A DNA stretch of 64,000 bases, taken from Eukaryota sp. TZLM1-RC. Its lineage: Eukaryota > Protista > Metamonada: BaSk clade. Every line of letters begins with the position of its first letter. Positions within the stretch are counted from its first letter, which is position 1. The notes under the pieces were generated by a model that saw only the letters and a program-made list of their open reading frames with translations, had not been told where the DNA came from and ran no database searches. Position numbers and translations under genes: made by a program. Of this stretch, positions 36,228 through 46,999 are shown one piece after another. The stretch spans positions 1-64,000 of the forward strand of contig JAUPSS010000005.1 in NCBI GenBank assembly GCA_040285825.1, given 5' to 3'.

Positions 36228-37595
36228 ATGTTTGACTCTGTTTCACTACCTTTGACTTGTTGTGCTCCTGTGTATCATAAAAATGGCATAAATGTTGAGG
36301 TAAGTACAGATTCTATAAGCTTATTATCCACTTCAACGAGCACAATTTCTAAATTAAAATCTGTTGACGTTCAGACTGAGGTGTTTCGTACTATTCACGA
36401 GTATAGTGATGAAGACATCTCCTCAATTGTTGCATCATTTCACAATTGTGGACTTTTGGACACTGTTTACAATGCTCTGGATGAAAATGATCGCTACATC
36501 TCAGATGGTCTCAACAACTTTAGATTCCATGAAACCACTACCAAATCAACCATCATGACCACCATTCCTTCCAACTCATCTCTGTCAGTTCTCACTTCAT
36601 CCCCTACCAATATTCCTGGAAGGTTTAGGAACATTGCCCTTTGTTTTGCTTCTCTTACACACAATGGCTACTGTAACCACACTACTGATTTTCATTTATA
36701 TTATTCGCTCAGTTCATCCACTGATTCCCCTCTCACATTCTCCTTACCTTCCTGTGTCACATGCATTACGTCTCATCCATATAAGCCAACAGTTTTTGTT
36801 TTGGGATTTTATACTGGAACAATTTGTATAATTAATACTAGCAGGAAGGGTAACCCAATAATTGCTCAGAATGATAACGTCATAACACGTGCCCCGGTCG
36901 TTCGGGTTGATTGGATTGGATCTGGAGTTGTGGGGGTCAATAGTGATGGTCAGGTTACTATTTATAAATATCCTGGATCTAAAACTTCTTCTTTGAAATC
37001 AATCAAATCATCACAACTATTGATTGATCATTCATCAGCTTCCGTTACATCGACTTTTCTCTCAATCAAAAACAACAATCAATTCACATTTTTGATTGGT
37101 TGGTCCAGTGGTCATTTTTATCAATATTCTTTATTATATGATTCTTTTGGGGATTTACACAATATTTCAGAAATTAATGGAATTGAAGTTTATAAATTTA
37201 GTTCAGGCGTTTCAGCAATTGATGTATTCAATAATAATTTAAACTTGGTAATTGCTTCCTCAAGTTCTGAAGTGTGTTTAATTAATTTAACTGAATATTC
37301 TCTGATCAAGACCATTTTAGTACCTGGTTTTTCTTTAATTTCTAGTTTAATGTGGGTGTTTGATAATATTGTTATTTTTGGAGCCAATTCTGGTCATTTA
37401 TTTGTTTATGATCTCAATCAAATTGATTGTCCAGTTGAAAGAATTTTAGTTTCTTCATATCCCATCAATTGTTTAGCAAAGTCTAATTGGAATGATTCTG
37501 AAGTAATTGTTGCTGGCGATATTAAGGGTGGGGTGTCTATAATTAGTCTTGCAGAAGTGTTTTCTAAAGGAAAATTAGATATTGAAAAAAATTAA
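36228..37595 (+). CDS. DYNC2I2: Dynein-2 intermediate chain WDR34/DYNC2I2 (FAP133)-like; likely start MFDSVS at 36228
   Basis: VDVQTE light-chain-binding motif, IALCFASLTHNGYC and PSCVTCITSHPYKPTVFVLGFYTG, colinear with WDR34. The track's start at 36102 overlaps the kinase and is not an ATG. Confidence 0.72.
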   Translation: MFDSVSLPLTCCAPVYHKNGINVEVSTDSISLLSTSTSTISKLKSVDVQTEVFRTIHEYSDEDISSIVASFHNCGLLDTVYNALDENDRYISDGLNNFRFHETTTKSTIMTTIPSNSSLSVLTSSPTNIPGRFRNIALCFASLTHNGYCNHTTDFHLYYSLSSSTDSPLTFSLPSCVTCITSHPYKPTVFVLGFYTGTICIINTSRKGNPIIAQNDNVITRAPVVRVDWIGSGVVGVNSDGQVTIYKYPGSKTSSLKSIKSSQLLIDHSSASVTSTFLSIKNNNQFTFLIGWSSGHFYQYSLLYDSFGDLHNISEINGIEVYKFSSGVSAIDVFNNNLNLVIASSSSEVCLINLTEYSLIKTILVPGFSLISSLMWVFDNIVIFGANSGHLFVYDLNQIDCPVERILVSSYPINCLAKSNWNDSEVIVAGDIKGGVSIISLAEVFSKGKLDIEKN

Positions 37596-37617
37596 TAATG
37601 AAAAATAATTTACATTT

Positions 37618-38838
37618 TTAACTCCTTTTCAGACAAAACTTTTCCAATTTGAACCCTACTGTCAGTAAGTTTCTGATACCTATATTTGTACCAAATACCG
37701 ATCCAAATTTAGAATCCTTGTTAATTAAGCTAGCCTTTGTCAGTGTGCTGCCACATGCCACTTCCGATAAGGTATTAAATATTGGTAAACTAAAATGATT
37801 TCCTCCAATGTATAATTCTTTCAAATTTGCTGAAGTTAAAGATTTAATAAATGTTTCCAATGCAGAATCTTCAATTTCTGATATACTTTCTAAATACAAT
37901 ATTTCTAGTGGAATTGTACAATTTAAAACACAGCCTAAAGCGAGCAACCCATCGGATTTGATTAAATTAAAAGATAGATTTAAACTGGAAACCATTGAAT
38001 CAGTCAAATAGACAGATAAAGACTCGATACCAACACAACTAATTTGACAATTAGCTAACGATAAAGATTTTATATTCAAACAAGGCAAAACTTCTGCGAT
38101 TTCCACAATTCCAGGGTCACCAATGGGATTGTTATCAAGAATTAATGAGGAAATACAAGTAGATAATAGAGAATCTACCAAAAAAACAACTCCCTCTCGA
38201 CTGATGTTATTATTGCTTAAGCTAAGATAGGAGAGATTATAAAAATCAGGAAATCTTTCACAAAACAAGGCCAAAGATTCATTATTTAAAGAACAATTGT
38301 CAAGAATTATAGATTGTAATGAATTCTTCAAAAAAGTAGATATTATTGATATAGAATCTACTGGTAAAATACTGCTTGAAAGATCTAAAAAATCATTAAA
38401 AGTACGTAAAAAAGAAATAAATTTAATACACGGTGGACAATTGGCACTTTCAGAGTCCCGTTTATACTGAAAAACACGTTGAATTGCATAAATCCCATTA
38501 ATCCATTTAACTAAACAATCTTCAGTTTCAAAAGCAAGAGCATATAGAGGCTTTTTTTCCTCTGTTGTAATGGAGATAAATTGACCGGGAGTAGTAGATG
38601 AGGAGCTGGTTGGGGTTGGTTGAAGCGAGATAGATGTATGGTAGGTGAGAGGAATAGTAACCTCGATTGATGAATTCTCAGAGTCGTCATCTCCTTTCCA
38701 GCAAAGAATTTGGTACTCCTTCAGTTGGCAAAAGAAGTTACACCAAGCAGATGTGGAAATTGAGCCAGAATGAACTTGTACCATGAGAGCATCTTGTAGG
38801 ACAGATGGTGCAGAAAGAAGTTCCTGTGAAGGTTTCAT
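37618..38838 (-). CDS. PH domain + RNI-like leucine-rich repeat protein; likely start MKPSQE at 38838
   Basis: PH features (AWCNFFCQLKEYQILCWK...YALAFETEDCLVKWINGI), then LRRs (LSYLSLSNNNISREGV, SLILDNNPIGDPGI, SLNLSFNLIKSDGL). The track's first 27 aa derive mostly from the Fanzor end. Confidence 0.85.
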   Translation of the reverse strand: MKPSQELLSAPSVLQDALMVQVHSGSISTSAWCNFFCQLKEYQILCWKGDDDSENSSIEVTIPLTYHTSISLQPTPTSSSSTTPGQFISITTEEKKPLYALAFETEDCLVKWINGIYAIQRVFQYKRDSESANCPPCIKFISFLRTFNDFLDLSSSILPVDSISIISTFLKNSLQSIILDNCSLNNESLALFCERFPDFYNLSYLSLSNNNISREGVVFLVDSLLSTCISSLILDNNPIGDPGIVEIAEVLPCLNIKSLSLANCQISCVGIESLSVYLTDSMVSSLNLSFNLIKSDGLLALGCVLNCTIPLEILYLESISEIEDSALETFIKSLTSANLKELYIGGNHFSLPIFNTLSEVACGSTLTKASLINKDSKFGSVFGTNIGIRNLLTVGFKLEKFCLKRS

Positions 38839-38855
38839 TGATGTAGAAGTGTATG

Positions 38856-39105
38856 TACTGTGATTTTCACTTATCATGCCCTGGAGTGTGAAATTCACTC
38901 CTGTTTTCAACTTTGTCAATGTCTACTCACAGGCTGAAAGACACATGTAGTGTCATTTGACAAAGACAATCACGATCTTCATCAATGGGCTATCTCACTT
39001 AAATTCCCCTACTGCTTTCACAGAAGAAAGCCTCGCGACTTGATGTATCTAAGTGGATCTACCAAATGCCACTAAGGCATTTATAGATCTGTCTCAAAAG
39101 TTTTT
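38856..39105 (-). ncRNA. Candidate Fanzor omegaRNA scaffold / element right end, copy A
   Basis: Downstream of Fanzor A and colinear with 46712-46961. Stems AAATGCC/GGCATTT, AAGTC-GCGA-GGCTT, CTTTGTCAA/TTGACAAAG and GGAGTG/CACTCC. Homology ends sharply at TCACAG|TA. Confidence 0.65.
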
Positions 39106-39192
39106 AAAAAAATTAAAAATAAAATACAAAACTCAAAATAAAATACAAGTTTTTCAAATGTTTAGTTTCTGTTTGCTCAGGTTCCTCATTTA

Positions 39193-41220
39193 TTATCTCA
39201 ACAGAACTTCTGGGCAAATGTATCTTTCTGGCCACAATTCCGCTTTCCTCTGAATTTGAATATTTTTTGCAGCGGAAATGATTCTGTCATATACTATTTG
39301 ACACTCAGTACAAATACGCATCTGCCATGAGCCTGCTGGAATATTCTCGGCCATGCAACAACTTGACAGTTTGCTTGTATTAAATTCACTGGTTGACAAG
39401 TGCTTCACGTCCTTTTGATAACACAACCATTTTCTAAAAGCCCTTGCTGCTCCATATCGATTGACTTTTCGGCAATGAGAAGGGAAATGAGCAGAACCCA
39501 CAGCAAGGTAGAGTTTTTCAGGATGTACAGCCAGCCTTTGAAATTTATTGAGACTCTCTCGGAACCGTCTCTCTTTTCGTCTGCGGTTATCAAATTTAAT
39601 TATTTTCCATTTCTGGCGATTACTTTCCAAATACACTTTCCTCCTGACCAAATTCCAATGGTTCCAATATTGGTTGAAATTTTGAACGGGATACTGGTTG
39701 GGAGAGTGTTTACTGGGTAAGGGTTTTGTCATGTATCTTCTGCCAGTTGGACAAAGCAAAACTCCACATTGATTATCATTTTAGAAGTAACCACATAATC
39801 TAGATTGGCCCAGATCAACGCCAATAAGGTGCCTTTCAGGTGAAATTTCGACTGGATGTCTACGTCTTCGACGGGGCATTTTTTAGTGTCCTTCAACTGT
39901 GTTTCTCTGGTTTTGTTGGCATCAGGGTCACTTTTCATTTCTGTTTCCGATCTTAGTTTCTTGGTTTTTCCAGCTCATCTGTGTTTTCTAAGTCATTATT
40001 TTTACCTTCAAAGGTCAAAAGCAGTTCATTACCTTTAGTTTTCAATAAAATTTCTTTAAATCTATCTTTCAAATTTTTTCTGTTGATATTAAATTTTTGG
40101 TAAGGACAATGTTTGAATATTCGTTTCATACATATATTGTTGATGAACTTTGTGTTGGAAGATGATCCTTCAATAAGTGGGAATTTTTCATAGTGGAAAA
40201 CATGTGAAGGTACCTCATCAAATTTAGAACCTTTATGAGAAACTAAAGGTATTATTCTAAATTTTTCCAGCAATGTATATCAGAAAAGGAAGTGAGTGAG
40301 TATTGTGAAATTTTAAGATTGAAGAGAAAAAGCTCACCAATTTCCTTTGATGAAAAGGTGATTTTATCATGTGAGGACAGTAGGGACGCATTGGTAGGAA
40401 ATCTTTGAAGGAGATTCCAGATAAACTTACATGCATTTAATGAAAAGAATCTTTCTCTTGAATTATTCAGATTGAAATTGATGTAGTGTTCAAGAACAGA
40501 ATCAACAACTACTTCCTCAGGTTGGCCTAATGGTTCATTTGGCAAAAGTGAAAGAATATTATTGGTAAAGTCATTTGTTTCATCTAGAGCTCAACAATGA
40601 GCACGAATAAAGTTTTTTGTCCAGAATTGACAAATTTTAGGTAAACTTGTCTTCACGTGAGACGCCAATTGACGAGCCCGACAAGCAAGGTAGGGAATAA
40701 GCCCTTTTCTATTGATAAAATTACAATTCTGAGACTGCAGCCAAGCATTGAAAAAAAGGTTCAATGAATTTCTTTAAGGCACCAAAGAATTTTCCCACAA
40801 AGAAACAAGAGACCTGTCTTGTGGGCATTCAGGAAGAAATCCACTGTAAAAGATATGGAGTAATTGGCGTTGGCCTTTAGATGTGGAAGGCTTTGGAAAA
40901 GAACCAGTGGTGATGACGGTCATAAACAGATATCATACATCCTGTTCCATTAAAGCTCTAGATGCCAACGGAAAATTGCGAAAAAAAGATTGAAGCAATA
41001 AAGAAGCTTCATGGCAAATCTCCGTGACCAAAGGAAGGTCAGTCCGAATTTGTTGCACTGCTACAGGGGTCAGCAGCGAGTTAAGTGCACAAGACCAAGT
41101 GAATACACGTGACACAGAGTGGGTGTCTCTCATGTAGTGAGAATAAACAGCGCATCTATCAAATTTGACACTTGTCACCCCATTTCCGACTTCTTGTTGC
41201 CTGTTTTGGGAGGTTTTTAA
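39193..41220 (-). pseudogene. Fanzor1 RNA-guided nuclease, near full length (~2 kb) but disrupted; family 1 copy A
   Basis: N-terminal VTEICHEASLLL; RuvC-I LIGVDLG (~39810-39830); LAVGSAHF; RuvC-II STSEFNTSK; zinc finger SSCC...CTEC; RuvC-III YDRIISAAKNI (catalytic D replaced by I). In-frame TAA and frameshifts. Confidence 0.9.
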
Positions 41221-41889
41221 CCCTCAACTTGGTTTTGTGAGGTTTTCACTATTCCCACACTTTCCCCTTACTTGATAAACTAGGTTCTTATTTCCCTCAC
41301 TTAACTTCTTTCCCGAGCTTTAGCACTTTCTGTGTACTCTTTCTACCGGTTTATCTACTCATCTTTGGTTCATTTTTCCCTTATACACGCAGTTGCTTTT
41401 CTAAACACAGTTGTTGGGCTCGTCTTAAACCCCACCACTCTATTCTTGTGTGGCCATTCCTCTCCATCATCAGCTCCTTCACAATCCAACTTTTCTCTAT
41501 TAGGTATTACGGCCTGTCTCCACCGTTCACGTGTGTTTCCATCATTTCCATAATATTCAGCAAAACAATTCGATCTCTATTCCACAAAAATTTGGTAATA
41601 ACTTTTGTCTACATATTTGTTTTCAACTACAAAATGTTTTGACAAAATGACTCCTGCAGAATTCATTGTTACATTTGCGCAAGTAGTTTGATCTGTGCTG
41701 TTTCAGAGAAAAGCAGTACTTCCAAAGAATGGTTCTTGGAAAAAACTGATTACTTGGTTGGACATTTGCTTATATGAGGAGATATTCTTTGTAAGTTACT
41801 GCAGCACATTTATTACTCGGTCAAAAATGATAATCCCGCTTTCAGATATTCTCTGTTACACAACCAAAACAGTTCATCTTCGTGTTTGA

Positions 41890-42200
41890 TTACAAATACC
41901 TTAAATTTATGGTCATCTTTTAGATGATACCACATTTTCTTTTACAATGCGCCTTCTATGTTTCGTTTGGCCTAATACGGTGCCTCATAATTTGATTTGT
42001 AAATGTGGATCAAAAATCTCTCCAAATCATCTTTTAAATTGTAAACACTTTAATATTTTCCGATTAAAAGTTGAAGAAGCAGGTAGGGATGTAATCCATT
42101 GTATGACAAAATCACGCAGAATTGTTTACTAAATAGAACCATTACTCTTTTGTTTGGTTGATGAAGATATTTTGAATTCTTTTGGATGAAATTTTAATAA
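41890..42200 (+). mobile_element. Non-LTR fragment: CCHC knuckle preceding the RLE
   Basis: LICKCGSKISPNHLLNC...RD...CMTKSRRI..EPLL, homologous to ~52740-52920. Confidence 0.75.
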
Positions 42201-42339
42201 TTGTTTTGGTGCAAAACATTCTTGCGACTTGAAAATCATTTTAAATTGTGACAGTAGGCTCAGTTCTGATTTAATTTTGAGTGTTGTGATTCCATAAAAA
42301 CGTTGGAAATAGACTGTTATTAGACTTACACACTTGACA

Positions 42340-42517
42340 AAATTAATTCATAACTAATGGGACGAAATTCATTGAACCATGATTTCATCTACAAAATCTT
42401 GATCTGCATTCTGTCCAGCTAAAGCTTCTCTGATTCGATACACTAACCGAGCTGATCTATTAATAATGGCAAATTGAATTCAAGAGCGCCATAAAACAAT
42501 ATCAAATCTTTTCATTG
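42340..42517 (-). mobile_element. 3' end of the 21065-family non-LTR element
   Basis: Colinear with 21067-21240 (atggcaaattgaattc(a/g)aga(g/t)cgccataaaa). Confidence 0.8.
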
Positions 42518-42549
42518 TTTTTTTAATCAATTGAAATTTATTTTCAACG

Positions 42550-45125
42550 CTAACAAAACATTAAACAAAAAACTAGAACTCAATATCCTCAATACACGCA
42601 TCAACATCATCAAATCTTTTAAGCGCGCGATTTTCATACTCTATTCCTAATTGTAACAGTGCTTTGGTCAACATTTCTGGAATTGCTTTAAGAATACTGA
42701 AAACAATTCTATTGTGCCAGAAATTGAAGTTCAATTCTTTTCCTGCTCTTTCTTTTATTAAACTTTTGAAACCTTCAAGAAATTTAATGCCAGATATTCC
42801 AATGTTACCAAAAAGAGAAACAGCAAATGGAACCAACTGATTCTTGACATGCTCAACACGTCCTAGCTGAGATAAGGGTTCATTGTACTTTTTGATTTTG
42901 CTCTTTTCAGCAAAGCAAAGTGGAGTTTCATCTCTTTTAGCAAAATCAATTGCTGAGTCTTTACAAACATCAACAGTGACAACATCAACAACTTTAATAA
43001 CACCATCAGACCCAGGGGTAATTAAATCAGCACGGCGTTTCCCAAAAGTATTTTCATCTTCATTTTCAGATGACAACCTTCGCACAATTAATAACTTTTT
43101 CTGCAATTTAGCATATGCAAATTTCAAGGAAATCAAACTCCTGGGTGGAATTTCTTGAATATCAGCAGGAAAGCAATTGGACCATATGTGAGGAGAGATA
43201 CATTCAATTTCACTCTGCAAAATAAAAAATAAATATCCCTAAATAAATAGTTACTAACACAACATTCTATTAAATGTTGGTTTTCAGGAAAACGTTTCAA
43301 AAATTCAAAAACAAAATTTTTGCCTCCACTGATGAATGCGGCTTTACACAAATATTTTGATTTGTGAAAATCCAGGCCTCCCAATTCTGTGCTACAAAAA
43401 ATATGACTACGTAAAAAAGAATAATCAATATCGAGCAAATTAGCCAAAAATTTTGTTCTTAATTCATTAAAAATTTTGCAAAATTCGAGAGATATAGATG
43501 GTGATGTTGATCGTAAAATATGAGTAAATTTTCCTGAATAACAAATTCTGAGGAAGAAAAATTTAAGATGTTTTTCAATATCTAAATCTGAAAGAACCAT
43601 CTATTCTTCTTCAAAATTATCCAAAAAGGAAAGTTGATTTCAAATTTTATCAAAATTGCCTAAATAACAACCTAAAAAACGAAATTCTGATTCAAAATAA
43701 TTGATAAAAGGAACACTTTGATCATCAATAATGAGATCAGCAGGCTCTCTACCAATCAATAAACATTTGGAAATATTTAGAGAAAGACCAATTTGATAAT
43801 AGCGCTGTTGAACAATTTCAGCAATTGTTCTCAATGGATCAATTGGATCAATTATTGATATGTCATCCATATAAGCAGTTATATGAACATCTGGAAATTC
43901 TTGTTTTAATTCACACATTAAAGGATGGATAACAAGGCAGAAAAAGAAAGGACCTAATGGATCACCTTGTTTGACACCAGATGATGATATTAGATTGAAT
44001 TTCTCATATACAAGAGTCGACTGTGAGCCATAAAAATTGTAAAAGAACGACTCAGCTTCTGGAAAATGTGTTTGAAGCAAGGGCAAGATGGACGACCTCT
44101 TGAAAGCATTGAAAGCGTTTTCAAAATCTAAATTAAAAATATAATTCGGAATATTTGAATTAAAAAAGACATCAAAAGAGAGTGCTGCAGAAGATGCACC
44201 ATCAACTGTTTTAATTCCAAATTGGAAAGGATTAAAAAATTCTTTAGCTTTTTCTCCAATCCTGCCAAAAACTGCTGAAGCAAGAATACGAGACAAAGAT
44301 TCACCAATTGCAATAGGCCTTATTTTTAATTCATTCTTTTTTAAAGCAATTAAGCGTGAACTTGTCATTTCAGATGGAAGCTTGATTTTTAATGTTAAAA
44401 TTTTGTTGAAAAAGAAAACCAAATCATCGATGCATTCAGGACATTGGTTCACCGTGGATTTCAACATGTCAAAAGTGATCATTGATGGACCAGGCGCCTT
44501 TCCAAATGGTAATTGGTTAATCAATTTAATTAGTTCATCATTAGTTAGGGGATTTTGCTCCCAATAATCTTACATTATTAGGTTTAGGGCACTTAAAATT
44601 TTCAACAGGATTTAGACTCTTAAGTTGAGCAATAGTATTTTCATTACATTCTGCAAGTTCAGATGAAAACAGGCATTGCTTAGCGGAACCATAACGTCCC
44701 TTTAAAGCTAATTTTCGAACAATTTTTTCTTTCTTCATTATTGAAGGACAAAGTTTTGATTTCGATGACAATAATTTTTTATCTTTAAGCAAAAAAAATT
44801 CCACAGTGGTTTTACATCCCATATGCCTTTTTTTAAATTGGTAGTAAATTTTCGAAAACTAATTGAAAAGGGGATGTAAGAAAGAGGACTTACCTTTGAT
44901 GGAACACGTATTGGAGGCCTCAAGAAATCAACAGCTTTACAGGATTCGCAAAAACGTAATGGTCGGCCAGAAGAATTAATGCCCAAATTTTTGGTACAAA
45001 ATATACACTTATTATTCGGAGAATCAATGGATGAATTTACAGGTACTATTGCTGGTATTTCTTGATCAGCATTATCATCATTTATGGGTAACGAAGAGAG
45101 TGATTGCTTCAAATCAGCAGATGCA
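42550..45125 (-). mobile_element. Degenerate CRE-like non-LTR retrotransposon with RT and restriction-like endonuclease
   Basis: CIFC...GRPLRFCESC; KAPGPS, RPIAIGE, FQFGI, LDFENAFN, GVKQGDPLGPFFF, AYMDD, FLGC; RLE RADL...VVDV...EKSKIKKY; WHNRIVFSI. The CCHC region appears deleted. Confidence 0.95.
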
Positions 45126-45129
45126 GCAC

Positions 45130-45640
45130 GAAAATCATTGTTTTTTCTTGCACCAATTTTTGAAAGTCATTCAAGAAAGTTGCTGCTTTTACTAATAGTC
45201 TTCCGTTTACCGAAAATGGAAAAGCAATAAAACTAGTGGTCTATTTCTATCAGCATTAACTTCTTCGATATCTTTGTTATAATTTCTTTGTTTTTCTTTA
45301 GCTTAAAATTCAAGAGTTCTTTTAAGTTTTCTTCTTTGTATCAAAGTGTCATTTGCAACATTACAGGAGACAAAGTCAACAATAGCTTCAGAGTTCTCAA
45401 TCCAATCACAGTATACATCACCTCTGTCATCAGAACCACAATTATTCAATGACAATGTTTCCTTCAGCAGAGGCTCTTTGCTGCACGAGATTCTTGCAGT
45501 TTGTACCATATTGAAAACAGTGTCTCTAACAGCATCATGTAATGAAGAACGATAAGTTATCAATTTAGAGCAATTTAGAGCATGGCGCAAAGTGAGTTGA
45601 GGTGAATTCGAACAAATACATTTTTCTTTTGATAATAATT
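45130..45640 (-). mobile_element. CCHC + RLE fragment of a further non-LTR family
   Basis: HALNC...LHDAVRD...KEPLL...RGD...IVDF. Confidence 0.8.
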
Positions 45641-45683
45641 GGAATATATATGATATGGAATAATATATGGAATATATATAATC

Positions 45684-46686
45684 CTTCCAATTATTGAAGG
45701 ATCATCTTCCAAAACAAAGTTTATCAAAAATACATGTCTGAAACGAGTATTCAAACAATGTCCTTACCAAAAATTCAATATCAACAGAAAAAGTTTGAAA
45801 AATAGATTTAACAAAATTTTATTGAAAACTAATGGTAATGAACTGCTTTTGACCTTTGAAGGTAAAAATAATGACTCAGAAAACACAGATGAGCTGGATG
45901 AACCACCGAAAAAGAAAAGAAGATCAAAAAGTGAAATGAAAAGTGACCCTAATGCCAACAAAACCAGAGAAACACAGTTGAAGGGTACTAAAAAAATACC
46001 CCGTCGAAGACGTAGACATCCAGTCGAAATTTTACCTGAAAGGCCCCTTATCGGCGTTGATCTTGGCCAATCAAGATTATGTGGTTACTTCTTAAATGAT
46101 AATCAATGTGGAGTTATCCCTTGTCCAACTGGCAGAAGATACATGACAAAAAATTCACCCAGTAAACACTCTCCCAACCAATATTCCGTTCAAAATTTCA
46201 ACCAATATTTGAACCATTGGAATTTGGTCAGGAGGAAAGTGTATTTGGAAAGTAATCGCCAGAAATGGAAAATAATTAAATTTGATAACCGCAGACGAAA
46301 AAGAGAGACGGTTCAGAGAGAGTCTCAACAAATTTCAAAGTCTGGCTGGACATCCTGAAAAACTCTATCTTGCTGTGGGTTCTGCTAATTTCCCTTCTCA
46401 TTGCCGAAAAGTCAATCGATATGGATCAGCAAGGGCTTTCAGAAAATGGTTGTGTTATCAAAAGGACGTGAAGCACTTGTCAACCAGTGAATTTAATACA
46501 AGCAAAATGTCAAGTTGTTGCATGGCCGAGAATATTCAAGCAGGCTCATGGCAGATGCGTATTTGTACTGAGTGTCAAATAGTATATGACAGAGATATTT
46601 CCGCTGCAAAAAATATTCAAATTAAGAAAAAAGCGGAATTGTGGCCGGAAAGATACATTTGCCCAGATGCTCTGCTGAGGAGATGA
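45684..46686 (+). pseudogene. Fanzor1 family 1 copy B, 5'-truncated; RuvC D-E-D intact; one homopolymer frameshift
   Basis: LIGVDLGQSR, STSEFNTSK, SSCC...CTEC, YDRDISAAKNI. Inverted homolog of 39193-40185. Extra A in cgaaaaagagag (~46296). Confidence 0.92.
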
Positions 46687-46711
46687 ATAGGGAACGTGAG
46701 CATACAGAAAC

Positions 46712-46961
46712 AAAAACTTTTGAGACCGATCTACAAATACCTTAGTAGCATTTGGTAGATCCACTTAGATACATCAAGTCGCGAGGCTTTGTTCTGTGAA
46801 TGCAGTAGGTGTATTTAAGTGAGGTAGCCCATTGATGAAGATCATGATTGCCTTTGTCAGATGATGCTACATGTCTCTTACAGCCTGTGAGTAGACATTG
46901 AGAAAGTTGAAAACAGGAGTGAATTTCACAGGGGAATGCATGATAAGTGAAATTCACAGTA
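46712..46961 (+). ncRNA. Candidate Fanzor omegaRNA scaffold / element right end, copy B
   Basis: Stems: GATCTAC 46728/GTAGATC 46755; a 14-bp stem 46762-46775/46808-46821 with two G-U pairs enclosing AAGTC-GCGA-GGCTT; ATGTCT-CTTACA-GCC-TGTGAG-T-AGACAT 46871-46898; GTGAATTTCAC 46919/GTGAAATTCAC 46947. Confidence 0.68.
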
Positions 46962-46999
46962 AGATTTGCACACATACATCATCCTTTCACCATCATTTA

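Noticed and set aside
39105-39160. AT-rich segment present only in Fanzor copy A as a possible intron
   Set aside because: Copy B does not match the GT-AG spliced product. The loss is bounded by AAAAACTT microhomology.
15206-46686. Stop-codon reassignment or programmed frameshifting to explain broken ORFs
   Set aside because: Host genes are long, clean ORFs ending in TAA, TAG or TGA. Breaks are confined to TEs and differ between copies.
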